Of a DNA stretch of 64,000 nucleotides, positions 56,878 through 64,000 are shown in pieces (the stretch's first letter is position 1; the number at the start of each line of letters is the position of its first letter). The DNA is taken from positions 864,001 to 928,000 of the forward strand of contig CP051526.1 of NCBI GenBank assembly GCA_050916045.1, given 5' to 3'. Under the pieces are notes generated by a model. That model did no database searches, was not told where the DNA came from, and saw only the letters and a list, made by a program, of their open reading frames with translations. The position numbers and the translations under genes were made by a program. Origin of the DNA: Tepidisphaera sp. Lineage in GTDB: Bacteria; Planctomycetota; Phycisphaerae; Phycisphaerales; UBA1924.

Positions 56878-57894
56878 CTAGAGGGCATCCTCCGGCAGGT
56901 CGAACCAGCCCTTTTCGTTGCGGATGACCCGGCGGACGGGGTTTCCGGGCTCATGATCGAGGACGAGGAGCCATCCTCGGTCGGCGGCGTGGGTCAAAAG
57001 CCACTGGCGGCTGATCATGCTCGTGTACGGCTCGACGTCGTAGGCCAAGCTATACGCGAGGCCGTTGTGCCAGGCTGTGGGCATGACGTCGGGGGTGAAG
57101 ACGACCGTGCGGCCCTTCGCGTCCGTGAAAAGGAACGCTTGCTGGCCCCAGGTGTGCCCCGGGACGAGGAAGGTGAACAGGCCGGGAGCGATCTCGGTCG
57201 ATCGCTGCTCGATCGAAAGCCGGGGCATCTCGCCCTTGTCGGGTGTCGCGCCCGTGATGTAGGGGCGGGGCGAATCGACCTTCACGATGCGCGACGCGAT
57301 GGGCTCGAGGTGGTCGGCGAAGTACGTGCGGGTCATGACGCTCCGACCGGCGCGAGCGTCGTCCCATTCGCGGGCTTGGACGACGATCGGTGCGTTGGGG
57401 AACGTGAGCTTGACGGAGAGGTCCCCGCGCGACCCGCCGAAGGTTGAAGCCGCGCCGCTCCAGTCGGGCGTCTCGCCGGGGTTGCACAAGCGTGTCAGCC
57501 CGCCCGCGTGGTCAAAGTGCAGGTGCGTCGCCGAGACCAGGCCGATGTCCTCAACCCGGGCTCCGGCTTCGTGAAGAGCATCGCCGACCCAGCGTTCCGA
57601 GAGCGCGAAGATGTCGCGGTTCTTGGGGTCGAGCTTGTTGCCCGTGCCGGTTTCGATGAGGATGAGCTTGGGCGAGCCCCCGGGGAGCGTGCGGCCCGCG
57701 GGTGCATCGCCGACCCGTTCCAGCAGCAAGCAGTTGTGTTGGACCGGGATGCGGCCCTTCTCGTCGGGCGTGCAGACGCGGGACCAGACGCTCCTGGGGA
57801 TGAGCCCGAACATCGAGCCCCCGTCCAAGCGGAACTCGCCGGCGCGGAGGAGCGTTACGCGGTAGCGGGTGGTGCCGTTCAAAGCCGTCATCAT
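56878..57894 (-). CDS. Metallo-beta-lactamase fold hydrolase (YtnP-like)
   Basis: LDGGSMFGLIPR..W, THLHFDHAGG, PGHT, YDVEP, DHEP. Confidence 0.88.
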   Translation of the reverse strand: MMTALNGTTRYRVTLLRAGEFRLDGGSMFGLIPRSVWSRVCTPDEKGRIPVQHNCLLLERVGDAPAGRTLPGGSPKLILIETGTGNKLDPKNRDIFALSERWVGDALHEAGARVEDIGLVSATHLHFDHAGGLTRLCNPGETPDWSGAASTFGGSRGDLSVKLTFPNAPIVVQAREWDDARAGRSVMTRTYFADHLEPIASRIVKVDSPRPYITGATPDKGEMPRLSIEQRSTEIAPGLFTFLVPGHTWGQQAFLFTDAKGRTVVFTPDVMPTAWHNGLAYSLAYDVEPYTSMISRQWLLTHAADRGWLLVLDHEPGNPVRRVIRNEKGWFDLPEDAL

Positions 57895-57929
57895 GCCAGA
57901 ACGTATCCCCGCCGGAGTACACTGGGTTC

Positions 57930-58781
57930 ATGGGCGCTCGGTTGTCGGCAATCTGGGCTTGGGCGATGGCGATGATCTTCGCGATGACGCTCGCGGTGCC
58001 CTGTTCAGCGGCGCAATCCGAAGCCGCGTCCCCGCAGGATGCCCAAGCCGCGCCGCCCGAGCCCGTGCTTGAAGAGGTCATCGAGAACCGCACGCGTCAC
58101 TGGTCGGTGGTGCTTCCCCGCGGCTGGTTTCTCGCTCCGCAGGAAACCGTGGACGCGATCGAGGCGGAGATGAGCTTGCTCGCACCCGACAAGGGGTTTC
58201 GCTGCGTCGCGGTGCTTTGGATGGACGAAGCACGCGGCTCCAGCGGTCCGCACATCCAGGTCCACGCGGTACCGGCCGAGACGGCAGGCGTCAGTCTGGA
58301 CGACATCGAGAAGACGCTGGCCGGTGCTCGCGAAGTCGCCGCCGCGCGCGACCGCGAACGCCAAGCCGCCACCGGAAAGTCTGCGCAGCCCGACGAGACC
58401 CCGCCCACACTCGACCGCGAACAGCTCCGCATCGTGAGCTCCGGACGGCTGATCGTCCCGCCGACGGACCCGAGCGTTCCGGCCCGAACCGTCCGATTCG
58501 TCTCAACCGGCATGCTCGGGAAGAAGGAGGTCACCAAGCTGATCTTCTACGCGCCCGAGACGGAGTTTGAACCTCTTGAGCCGACGTATCGCGCGGTCGT
58601 GGACTCCTTCCAATACCAAGCTGGCTGGGGCTACTCGCCGGACGCCGCTCCTTCACCGCTCAAGACCGGGATGCCGATCGGAGCGGGTGGGCTGATCGCC
58701 GCGGGGCTGATCGTCGTGTCGGTCAAGCTGCTTTGGCGACGGAAGAAGCCCAAAGCGGCCCGAAGGTCGTTCGGTCTATGA
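57930..58781 (+). CDS. Exported protein with a C-terminal membrane anchor
   Basis: Signal peptide, LPRGW, C-terminal TM plus basic tail. Confidence 0.65.
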   Translation: MGARLSAIWAWAMAMIFAMTLAVPCSAAQSEAASPQDAQAAPPEPVLEEVIENRTRHWSVVLPRGWFLAPQETVDAIEAEMSLLAPDKGFRCVAVLWMDEARGSSGPHIQVHAVPAETAGVSLDDIEKTLAGAREVAAARDRERQAATGKSAQPDETPPTLDREQLRIVSSGRLIVPPTDPSVPARTVRFVSTGMLGKKEVTKLIFYAPETEFEPLEPTYRAVVDSFQYQAGWGYSPDAAPSPLKTGMPIGAGGLIAAGLIVVSVKLLWRRKKPKAARRSFGL

Positions 58782-58788
58782 TCGGGCG

Positions 58789-60054
58789 ATGCTCCACACG
58801 CTTTACGTGGACATGAATAGCTTTTTCGCCTCGGTCGAGCAGCAACTCGACCCTTCGCTGCGTGGCAAGCCAGTCGCGGTGGTGCCGGTGAAGACGGACA
58901 CGACGTCGGTCATTGCTGCGAGCTATCCGGCGAAGAAGTACGGGGTGAAGACCGGGACGAAGGTGGGGGATGCGCGGCGGATGTGTCCGGGGCTGATCCT
59001 GGTGGTCGGCGGGCATGACAACTACATCCGGGCGCACCACCAGGTGCTTGCGGCGATCGACACGGTGATCCCGGTGGAGCGGGTGTGCTCGGTGGATGAG
59101 TTCGCGTGCCGGCTGCTTCGCGAGCAGCGGACGCCGGAGGGGGCGCGGAGGGTCGCGCTGGCGGTGAAGGACGCGATCCGGACGCGGTGTGGGGAGGCTT
59201 TGACGTGTTCGGTGGGGGTGGCTCCGAATCGGTTCCTCGCAAAGGTCGCGGCGGACATGCAGAAGCCGGACGGGCTCACGGTCGTGAGGCGCGAGGAATT
59301 GCCGGGAGCGTTGCTCGGCCTCAATCTGATCGATCTGCCGGGGATCGGGCCCAAGATGCTCGAGCGGCTCCGCGCAGCGGGGATTTCGACGGTGGAGCGG
59401 CTTTGCTCGCTGGGCGAGGAAGAGCTTCGGCGTGCGTGGGGGAGTGTGGTGGGAGCCGAGTGGTACTACCGCTTGCGCGGCGAGATGCTCGCCGAGACCA
59501 AGACGGTCAAGCGGAGCATCGGGCATTCGCACATCCTGCCGCCGCAGCGGCGGGCGGAGGACGAAGCCCGCGCGGTGGGCGTGCGCCTCCTGACGAAGGT
59601 CGCGCAGCGGGCGCGTTCCATGGGGTATGTCGGCGAGGAACTCCATGTCGGCGTGCGGTTTTTGACGCCGCGCGGCGAGCCCAAGCGCGCGTGGGATGAG
59701 AGCGAGAAACTCAGCGTGCTGCCCGCGGGGAGCGGGGGCGGCGGCGACAACGACACCAAGACGCTGATGAAGGCGTTCGCGGGCATGTGGGAGAAAAAGC
59801 CGCGGGGGCGCATGCTTCAGGTCTGGGTGACGCTGACGGGGCTGACGCCCAAGAGCAGCGCGACGGGGCTGCTTTTCGAGGAGCGACGGGATCCCGGGCG
59901 GCTTTCCAAAGCACTCGACCTGATCAACCAGAAGTATGGGTCCGACACGCTTTATCCGGCGTCGATGCACTCGGCGCGGAAAGCGGCGCCGAGGCGGATC
60001 GCGTTCGGGAACATCCCGGACCTGGACGTGCCGGACTCGGACCGGGAGGGTTAG
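58789..60054 (+). CDS. dinB: Y-family DNA polymerase IV
   Basis: YVDMNSFFASVEQ, SYPAK, SVDE, LAKVAAD..KPDG, LPGIG. Confidence 0.9.
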   Translation: MLHTLYVDMNSFFASVEQQLDPSLRGKPVAVVPVKTDTTSVIAASYPAKKYGVKTGTKVGDARRMCPGLILVVGGHDNYIRAHHQVLAAIDTVIPVERVCSVDEFACRLLREQRTPEGARRVALAVKDAIRTRCGEALTCSVGVAPNRFLAKVAADMQKPDGLTVVRREELPGALLGLNLIDLPGIGPKMLERLRAAGISTVERLCSLGEEELRRAWGSVVGAEWYYRLRGEMLAETKTVKRSIGHSHILPPQRRAEDEARAVGVRLLTKVAQRARSMGYVGEELHVGVRFLTPRGEPKRAWDESEKLSVLPAGSGGGGDNDTKTLMKAFAGMWEKKPRGRMLQVWVTLTGLTPKSSATGLLFEERRDPGRLSKALDLINQKYGSDTLYPASMHSARKAAPRRIAFGNIPDLDVPDSDREG

Positions 60055-60081
60055 TGCCGATGCGATGGGAGGCCCAAGAAG

Positions 60082-60109
60082 AAAGCACGAGCCGTGCGGC
60101 TCGTGCTTT
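60082..60109. terminator. Bidirectional terminator between convergent genes
   Basis: AAAGCACGAGCC/GGCTCGTGCTTT. Confidence 0.7.
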
Positions 60110-60149
60110 GGGGTTGATCTCTGACTGCTGGTCGCTCGATGGAGCCGAG

Positions 60150-60419
60150 TTACTGCTTGGCTTTGGCGACCATCTCCGCTTTGGTCTTGGCGTCGGCTTT
60201 GTCGAACTTGCCCTTGCAGCCGGCGCAGCAGAAGCCGAGCTTGCCGCCCTCGATGTCGCTGGTGACATCGGCGTTGGCCGGGCCGCCGCTGTAGGGGCAC
60301 TTGCTGTTGATCATGCCGGGAGCGGCGGGGGTGGTCGCGGCTTTCTCCGTGGAGGAGCAACCGACGAGAACCAGGGCGCTGGCGGCGAGGGTGAACGCGA
60401 GAACACTCTTGAGCTTCAT
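60150..60419 (-). CDS. Small lipoprotein with a YHS/TRASH-like Cys motif
   Basis: AAGGAG SD; lipobox LVGC; NSKCPYSG, GFCCAGCKGKF. Confidence 0.75.
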   Translation of the reverse strand: MKLKSVLAFTLAASALVLVGCSSTEKAATTPAAPGMINSKCPYSGGPANADVTSDIEGGKLGFCCAGCKGKFDKADAKTKAEMVAKAKQ

Positions 60420-60623
60420 GCCAATCTCCTTGAAGGGGGAAAGCGGGAGTCCACCAGAAGATGCGTTCCCCGGTCCGATGGCGGTCCCGGGGTGGGAGGG
60501 GGCGGGCCCCAAAATGGGACTAGGGGTGGGTCGCGCGAGCGACTAGAATGAAGGAGCCCGTTCCAACCGGGCTTTTGCGGTGCCGGTGCGTGCGCCGGCG
60601 GGCGGAAATTCAACGGAGGCTCT

Positions 60624-61955
60624 ATGGGCAAGCGTGCGATGGTCGGTCTGATCGGTGTGGCTCTGGCGGCTTCGGCAGGCCTTTCGACCGCTTGGGCGCA
60701 GGATGCCGGCAAGCCGATCGAGCTCACCCGCCCGGCGGACAAGCCCAAGGAACTGGTCATGCCGACGGACGGGAAAGCGGCGCTCGCCGCCGCCGCCAAA
60801 GCGATGACCGACGCGAAGTGGATCTCCTACCAGGCCAAGGTCGAAGGTGTCGGCATGAGCGGCGATTACACCGCGACGGTCACCACCGAGCGGGCCGAAG
60901 CCGGCGGCTGGAAGGTCGCGGTCAAGGGTGAACTCAAGGGCAAGTCCTCCACCAAGGGCCGCCCGTTCGAGGTCGCTTTCGACGGCGCATCCATCCGGTC
61001 CATCCGCGAGAGCGACAAGCAGGTTGGCGAACTGACCGACCCCGCGGACGTCGAGGAAATGATGCTCTTCTTCGCCAAAGAGCGCGCCGCGGCCCCGGTC
61101 ACGTGGGAGACGCTCGGCGACAAGCCCTTTGCTTTCCCGGACTCCGCGGACATCAAGCTCGAGACGGTCCCGGACGTTGAAGGCGAAAAGTTCTACGCCG
61201 TCCGCGTGACGATCAAGGACGCCAAGCCGGCCGGCGAGGGAGCGGACGCTTTCGGCGGCCTCTACACCTTCGCGCTCAAGGACAACATGCTCCGCAAGAT
61301 CGAACGCTTCCGCCCCAACGCGAAAGCGACCGACAAGCCGATGCGCACGGTCACCTTCTCCAAAGTCGAGGTCGCCGCCGAGCCCAAGGGCGGGGCTTTC
61401 GTCCTCTCCGTGCCCAAGGGCTTCACCGTGAAGACGCAAGCGGGGAAGAAGTCGATGAAGCCGGCCGAACGGCAGAGTGAGCCGAAGAAGACCGCCGGCA
61501 CCGGCACCAAGGTCGGTGACACGGCGATCGCGTTCGAAGGAAAGGACCTTGACGGAGGCACGATCAAGTTCCCCGGGGACTTCAAGAACAAGATCGTCAT
61601 GGTCGATTTCTGGGCGACCTGGTGCCACCCCTGCATGGAAGAGATGCCGCACATCGCCGAGGCTTACGACAAGTTCGCGAGCCAGGGCCTTGAGGTGCTC
61701 GGGGTTTCGATCGACGGCGCCGGTGACGCTGCCAAGATCAAGTCGACCCTGAAGTCCAAGAAGATGAGCTGGCTCCACATCCACGACACGAATTCCGCGA
61801 TCTCCAGGCTTTACGCCGTGACCTCAATTCCGCGAGCGTTCTTGGTCGATGGCGATACCGGCGTCATCATCGCCGCTGGAAATGACATGCGGGGCGACGC
61901 CCTCGCCAAGACGATCGAGAAAGCCATCAAGGACAAGCAGGCCAGCAAGAAGTAA
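60624..61955 (+). CDS. Exported protein with a C-terminal TlpA/ResA-like thioredoxin domain
   Basis: Signal peptide; VDFWATWCHPCMEEMP, LGVSID, YAVTSIP. Confidence 0.85.
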   Translation: MGKRAMVGLIGVALAASAGLSTAWAQDAGKPIELTRPADKPKELVMPTDGKAALAAAAKAMTDAKWISYQAKVEGVGMSGDYTATVTTERAEAGGWKVAVKGELKGKSSTKGRPFEVAFDGASIRSIRESDKQVGELTDPADVEEMMLFFAKERAAAPVTWETLGDKPFAFPDSADIKLETVPDVEGEKFYAVRVTIKDAKPAGEGADAFGGLYTFALKDNMLRKIERFRPNAKATDKPMRTVTFSKVEVAAEPKGGAFVLSVPKGFTVKTQAGKKSMKPAERQSEPKKTAGTGTKVGDTAIAFEGKDLDGGTIKFPGDFKNKIVMVDFWATWCHPCMEEMPHIAEAYDKFASQGLEVLGVSIDGAGDAAKIKSTLKSKKMSWLHIHDTNSAISRLYAVTSIPRAFLVDGDTGVIIAAGNDMRGDALAKTIEKAIKDKQASKK

Positions 61956-61986
61956 CCCTTCCGGCGATTCTCCCTAGCATCACGCC

Positions 61987-62262
61987 ATGATGAACCTCCT
62001 CATCGCGTCGGTCGCGGCGGTCGCCGTGTCTTCCGTGGTCGCTTCACAGCCGCAGGAAGCGCCCGCTCCCGCCGCAGCCGTTACACGCGACACGCGGATC
62101 TCAGGCGAAGCCATCCGCGAGGATCTCGCCATCCTCCAGCGCGTGTACACCGAGCTTCACCCAGGCCTGTACCGGTACCGCACGCCGCAGGAGGTCGCCA
62201 AGGGTTTCGGTGATCTTGAAGCCAGGCTTGGCGAGCTCGACCTCATCAAGAACCGGAAGTGA
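61987..62262 (+). pseudogene. Probable N-terminal fragment of an S41-family peptidase
   Basis: Signal peptide and EDLAILQRVYTELHPGLYRYRT, then stops at 91 aa. Confidence 0.55.
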
Positions 62263-62309
62263 CCCCCGGAAGTGAATCCGGGAAGTAGATGCAGGATTTC
62301 CGCCATGAC

Positions 62310-62341
62310 AAAGGGCCCGGAGCGATGGCTCCGGGCCCTTT
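62310..62341. terminator. Bidirectional terminator
   Basis: 14-bp stem AAAGGGCCCGGAGC/GCTCCGGGCCCTTT. Confidence 0.75.
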
Positions 62342-62366
62342 CGTTGTTGAGCAATTCGGTCGCTGC

Positions 62367-63056
62367 TCAGCGGCGACGGCGGCCGATGGCGAGAGCGCCG
62401 AGGCCCAGGAGAGCGGCCGAGCCCGGGGTCGGGATCGTGTAGCTCAGGAACTCGCCGGCGACGGAGGTCTGGCCCCAGCCGGAGGTCGACTGGTCGAGGC
62501 GGCTGAGGTGGTCGACGCCGGGGTCGGCGCCGCTGCCCGTGGTCAGGACGTCAAAGCGGAAGGTGTCGCCCTCGTTGAGGCCCAGGGTCGAACGGGAAAG
62601 CGAGAAGACCACGACGTTGCCAATGGCCGAGCCCGAGATGCCAGCGGCGCCGTAGGTCGCGGCAAGCAGGTTGTTGTCGTTGTTGCCGGAGTTGGTCATG
62701 CCGCGGAGTTCGCCGCCGAAGTCAGACCCGCCGTTGTCAACCCAAGCCGCGGCCCAGAAATCGATGCCCTGGCCGTTCCAGTTGACGTTGCGGCCCCAGC
62801 CGTTGCCCGAGCTGTTGACCGAAGCATTCGGGGAATCGATGCCGATGCAGTACTTGCCCCAGGTCGGCGCATCCACGCTGCTCCGCAGGGTCAGCGTGAA
62901 GTACAGGTTCGCGGCGTCGTGACCGACGGTCACGCTCGCGATGTCGAGGTGGCCGAGGCCGTTGTCGAAGAGCTCGTTCTGAGAGTCCGTGTACGTGACG
63001 TCGGCGTTCGCCGCGCCCGCGATCGCGCCAAGCGCGACCAAAGCAGCCATCTTCAT
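62367..63056 (-). CDS. PEP-CTERM-like (IPTPG) surface protein
   Basis: AGGAG SD, signal peptide MKMAALVALG...ANA, tail IPTPG-TM-RRRR; upstream TTGGAT-N16-TAGAAT. Confidence 0.85.
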   Translation of the reverse strand: MKMAALVALGAIAGAANADVTYTDSQNELFDNGLGHLDIASVTVGHDAANLYFTLTLRSSVDAPTWGKYCIGIDSPNASVNSSGNGWGRNVNWNGQGIDFWAAAWVDNGGSDFGGELRGMTNSGNNDNNLLAATYGAAGISGSAIGNVVVFSLSRSTLGLNEGDTFRFDVLTTGSGADPGVDHLSRLDQSTSGWGQTSVAGEFLSYTIPTPGSAALLGLGALAIGRRRR

Positions 63057-63255
63057 GTCTCTGTCTCCTAGGTCACCCACGCCCGCCGGTCGTATCCAAC
63101 GCCGACGCACGTGGGGGTGTCTTGTGAGCTTTCGCCCACCGCATTCTAACGCAAAACGCTTGCGATCCAAGGCAAAACAGATGAAAACGGCCGCATCGGG
63201 CCGTGCCGAGCACGGGGAAACACGGCACGAAACGTTCCATTTGGCGATTCGCGCG

Positions 63256-64000
63256 TTATCGACCGTTGGTTTCGAGAATCTGCGAGTCTTCGGACTCTTC
63301 CTCGGGCATCTCGGGAGCGTCCCCCGCCGGGATCACTTCCTCGATCGGCGGCAGCACCTCGGGTGCCGTCGGCTGCTTCTGCACCGGCTGATCAACCGCT
63401 TCATGGCCGGGCGAGGTGGGCACGCCGAGGTAGGTGAGCGTGCGCTCCATGATGCGCCTGTTGACGGGGCCAGCGGTGAGCGAGCCGTACGCGCGATTGG
63501 TGTGCGTGAGCTTGGGACCCGGGTCGTCGATGATGACGAGGACGACGATGCGCGGGCTTTCGGTCGGTCCGGCGGCGAGAAAGCTGGCGGTGTACTGCTT
63601 GTCGAGGTACCCGCGCACGCCGTGGGGCAGGCGCTTGCCGGCCGGCGGCTTGCCGACCGGGATCTTGGACGTGCCGCTCTTGCCGAACATCGAGTAGCGC
63701 CAGACCTTCTCCTCGGGCGAAGCGGTCGCCATCGAGGTCTCCATGCGTTCGGCCACCTGTCCCATCGCGTCGCGTGTGAGCAGAGCCACCTTGGCGGGAA
63801 GGACGCGGAAGACCACGTCGCCCTGGCGAGAAGCTTCGTCGCCTGCGAGGATGCGGATCGGCGTGATCGTTCCCGCGGCGTCACCCTGGCGGGCAAAGCA
63901 CGCGAACGCGCGGACCATTTGCACCGCCGTCACCGCAACCTCGTTGCCGAAAGCGACCGAGTGCTGCGAGGAGATCTTCCAGTTGGCCAGGGACGTCACC
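63256..64000 (-). CDS. ftsI: Class B penicillin-binding protein (FtsI/PBP2-like), C-terminal part; truncated by the window edge
   Basis: SVAFGNEVAVTAVQM, GKSGT (KTG-like), YTASF, YGSLTAGP. Confidence 0.75.
   Translation of the reverse strand, partial: VTSLANWKISSQHSVAFGNEVAVTAVQMVRAFACFARQGDAAGTITPIRILAGDEASRQGDVVFRVLPAKVALLTRDAMGQVAERMETSMATASPEEKVWRYSMFGKSGTSKIPVGKPPAGKRLPHGVRGYLDKQYTASFLAAGPTESPRIVVLVIIDDPGPKLTHTNRAYGSLTAGPVNRRIMERTLTYLGVPTSPGHEAVDQPVQKQPTAPEVLPPIEEVIPAGDAPEMPEEESEDSQILETNGR

Noticed and set aside
58789..60054. dinB as part of an imuABC/SOS mutagenesis cassette
   Set aside because: Catalytic motifs are intact (not ImuB), there is no adjacent imuA, dnaE2 or lexA, and I recognised no SOS box

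Overview
A 64-kb, high-GC bacterial chromosome segment. Its features (PTPG-type PEP-CTERM proteins, C-terminal 'DFNxDGFVDFFDY...GC' dockerin tails, Ala(-1) prepilins, CxxC zinc-ribbon membrane proteins) point to Planctomycetota, probably Phycisphaerales; this placement is inference. Contents: (1) a flagellar cluster flgI-flgJ-like-flgN-flgK-flgL-fliW-csrA-flagellin-flagellin with no flgM in place; (2) a pilin/pseudopilin cluster; (3) an RsbU/RsbW/STAS partner-switching set next to mlaE; (4) housekeeping genes (ltaE, ppk2, proS, gluQ, thiE, ispG, efp, dinB, partial ftsI); (5) three MFS transporters and several surface proteins. I saw no rRNA, tRNA, CRISPR array or mobile element. Best candidate for an undescribed system: an ECF sigma factor / membrane anti-sigma carrying an extracytoplasmic dockerin / secreted cohesin-like protein / VIT-vWA lipoprotein / lipoprotein cluster (49.1-54.8 kb). 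Other signals read directly from the DNA: sigma54 versus sigma28-like promoters on the two flagellins, CsrA-type ANGGAN hairpins (including an array in a pilin leader), at least 13 apparently leaderless genes, and a dual-specificity phosphatase hidden by an in-frame amber codon. All family calls come from motif recognition by eye; no database searches were run.
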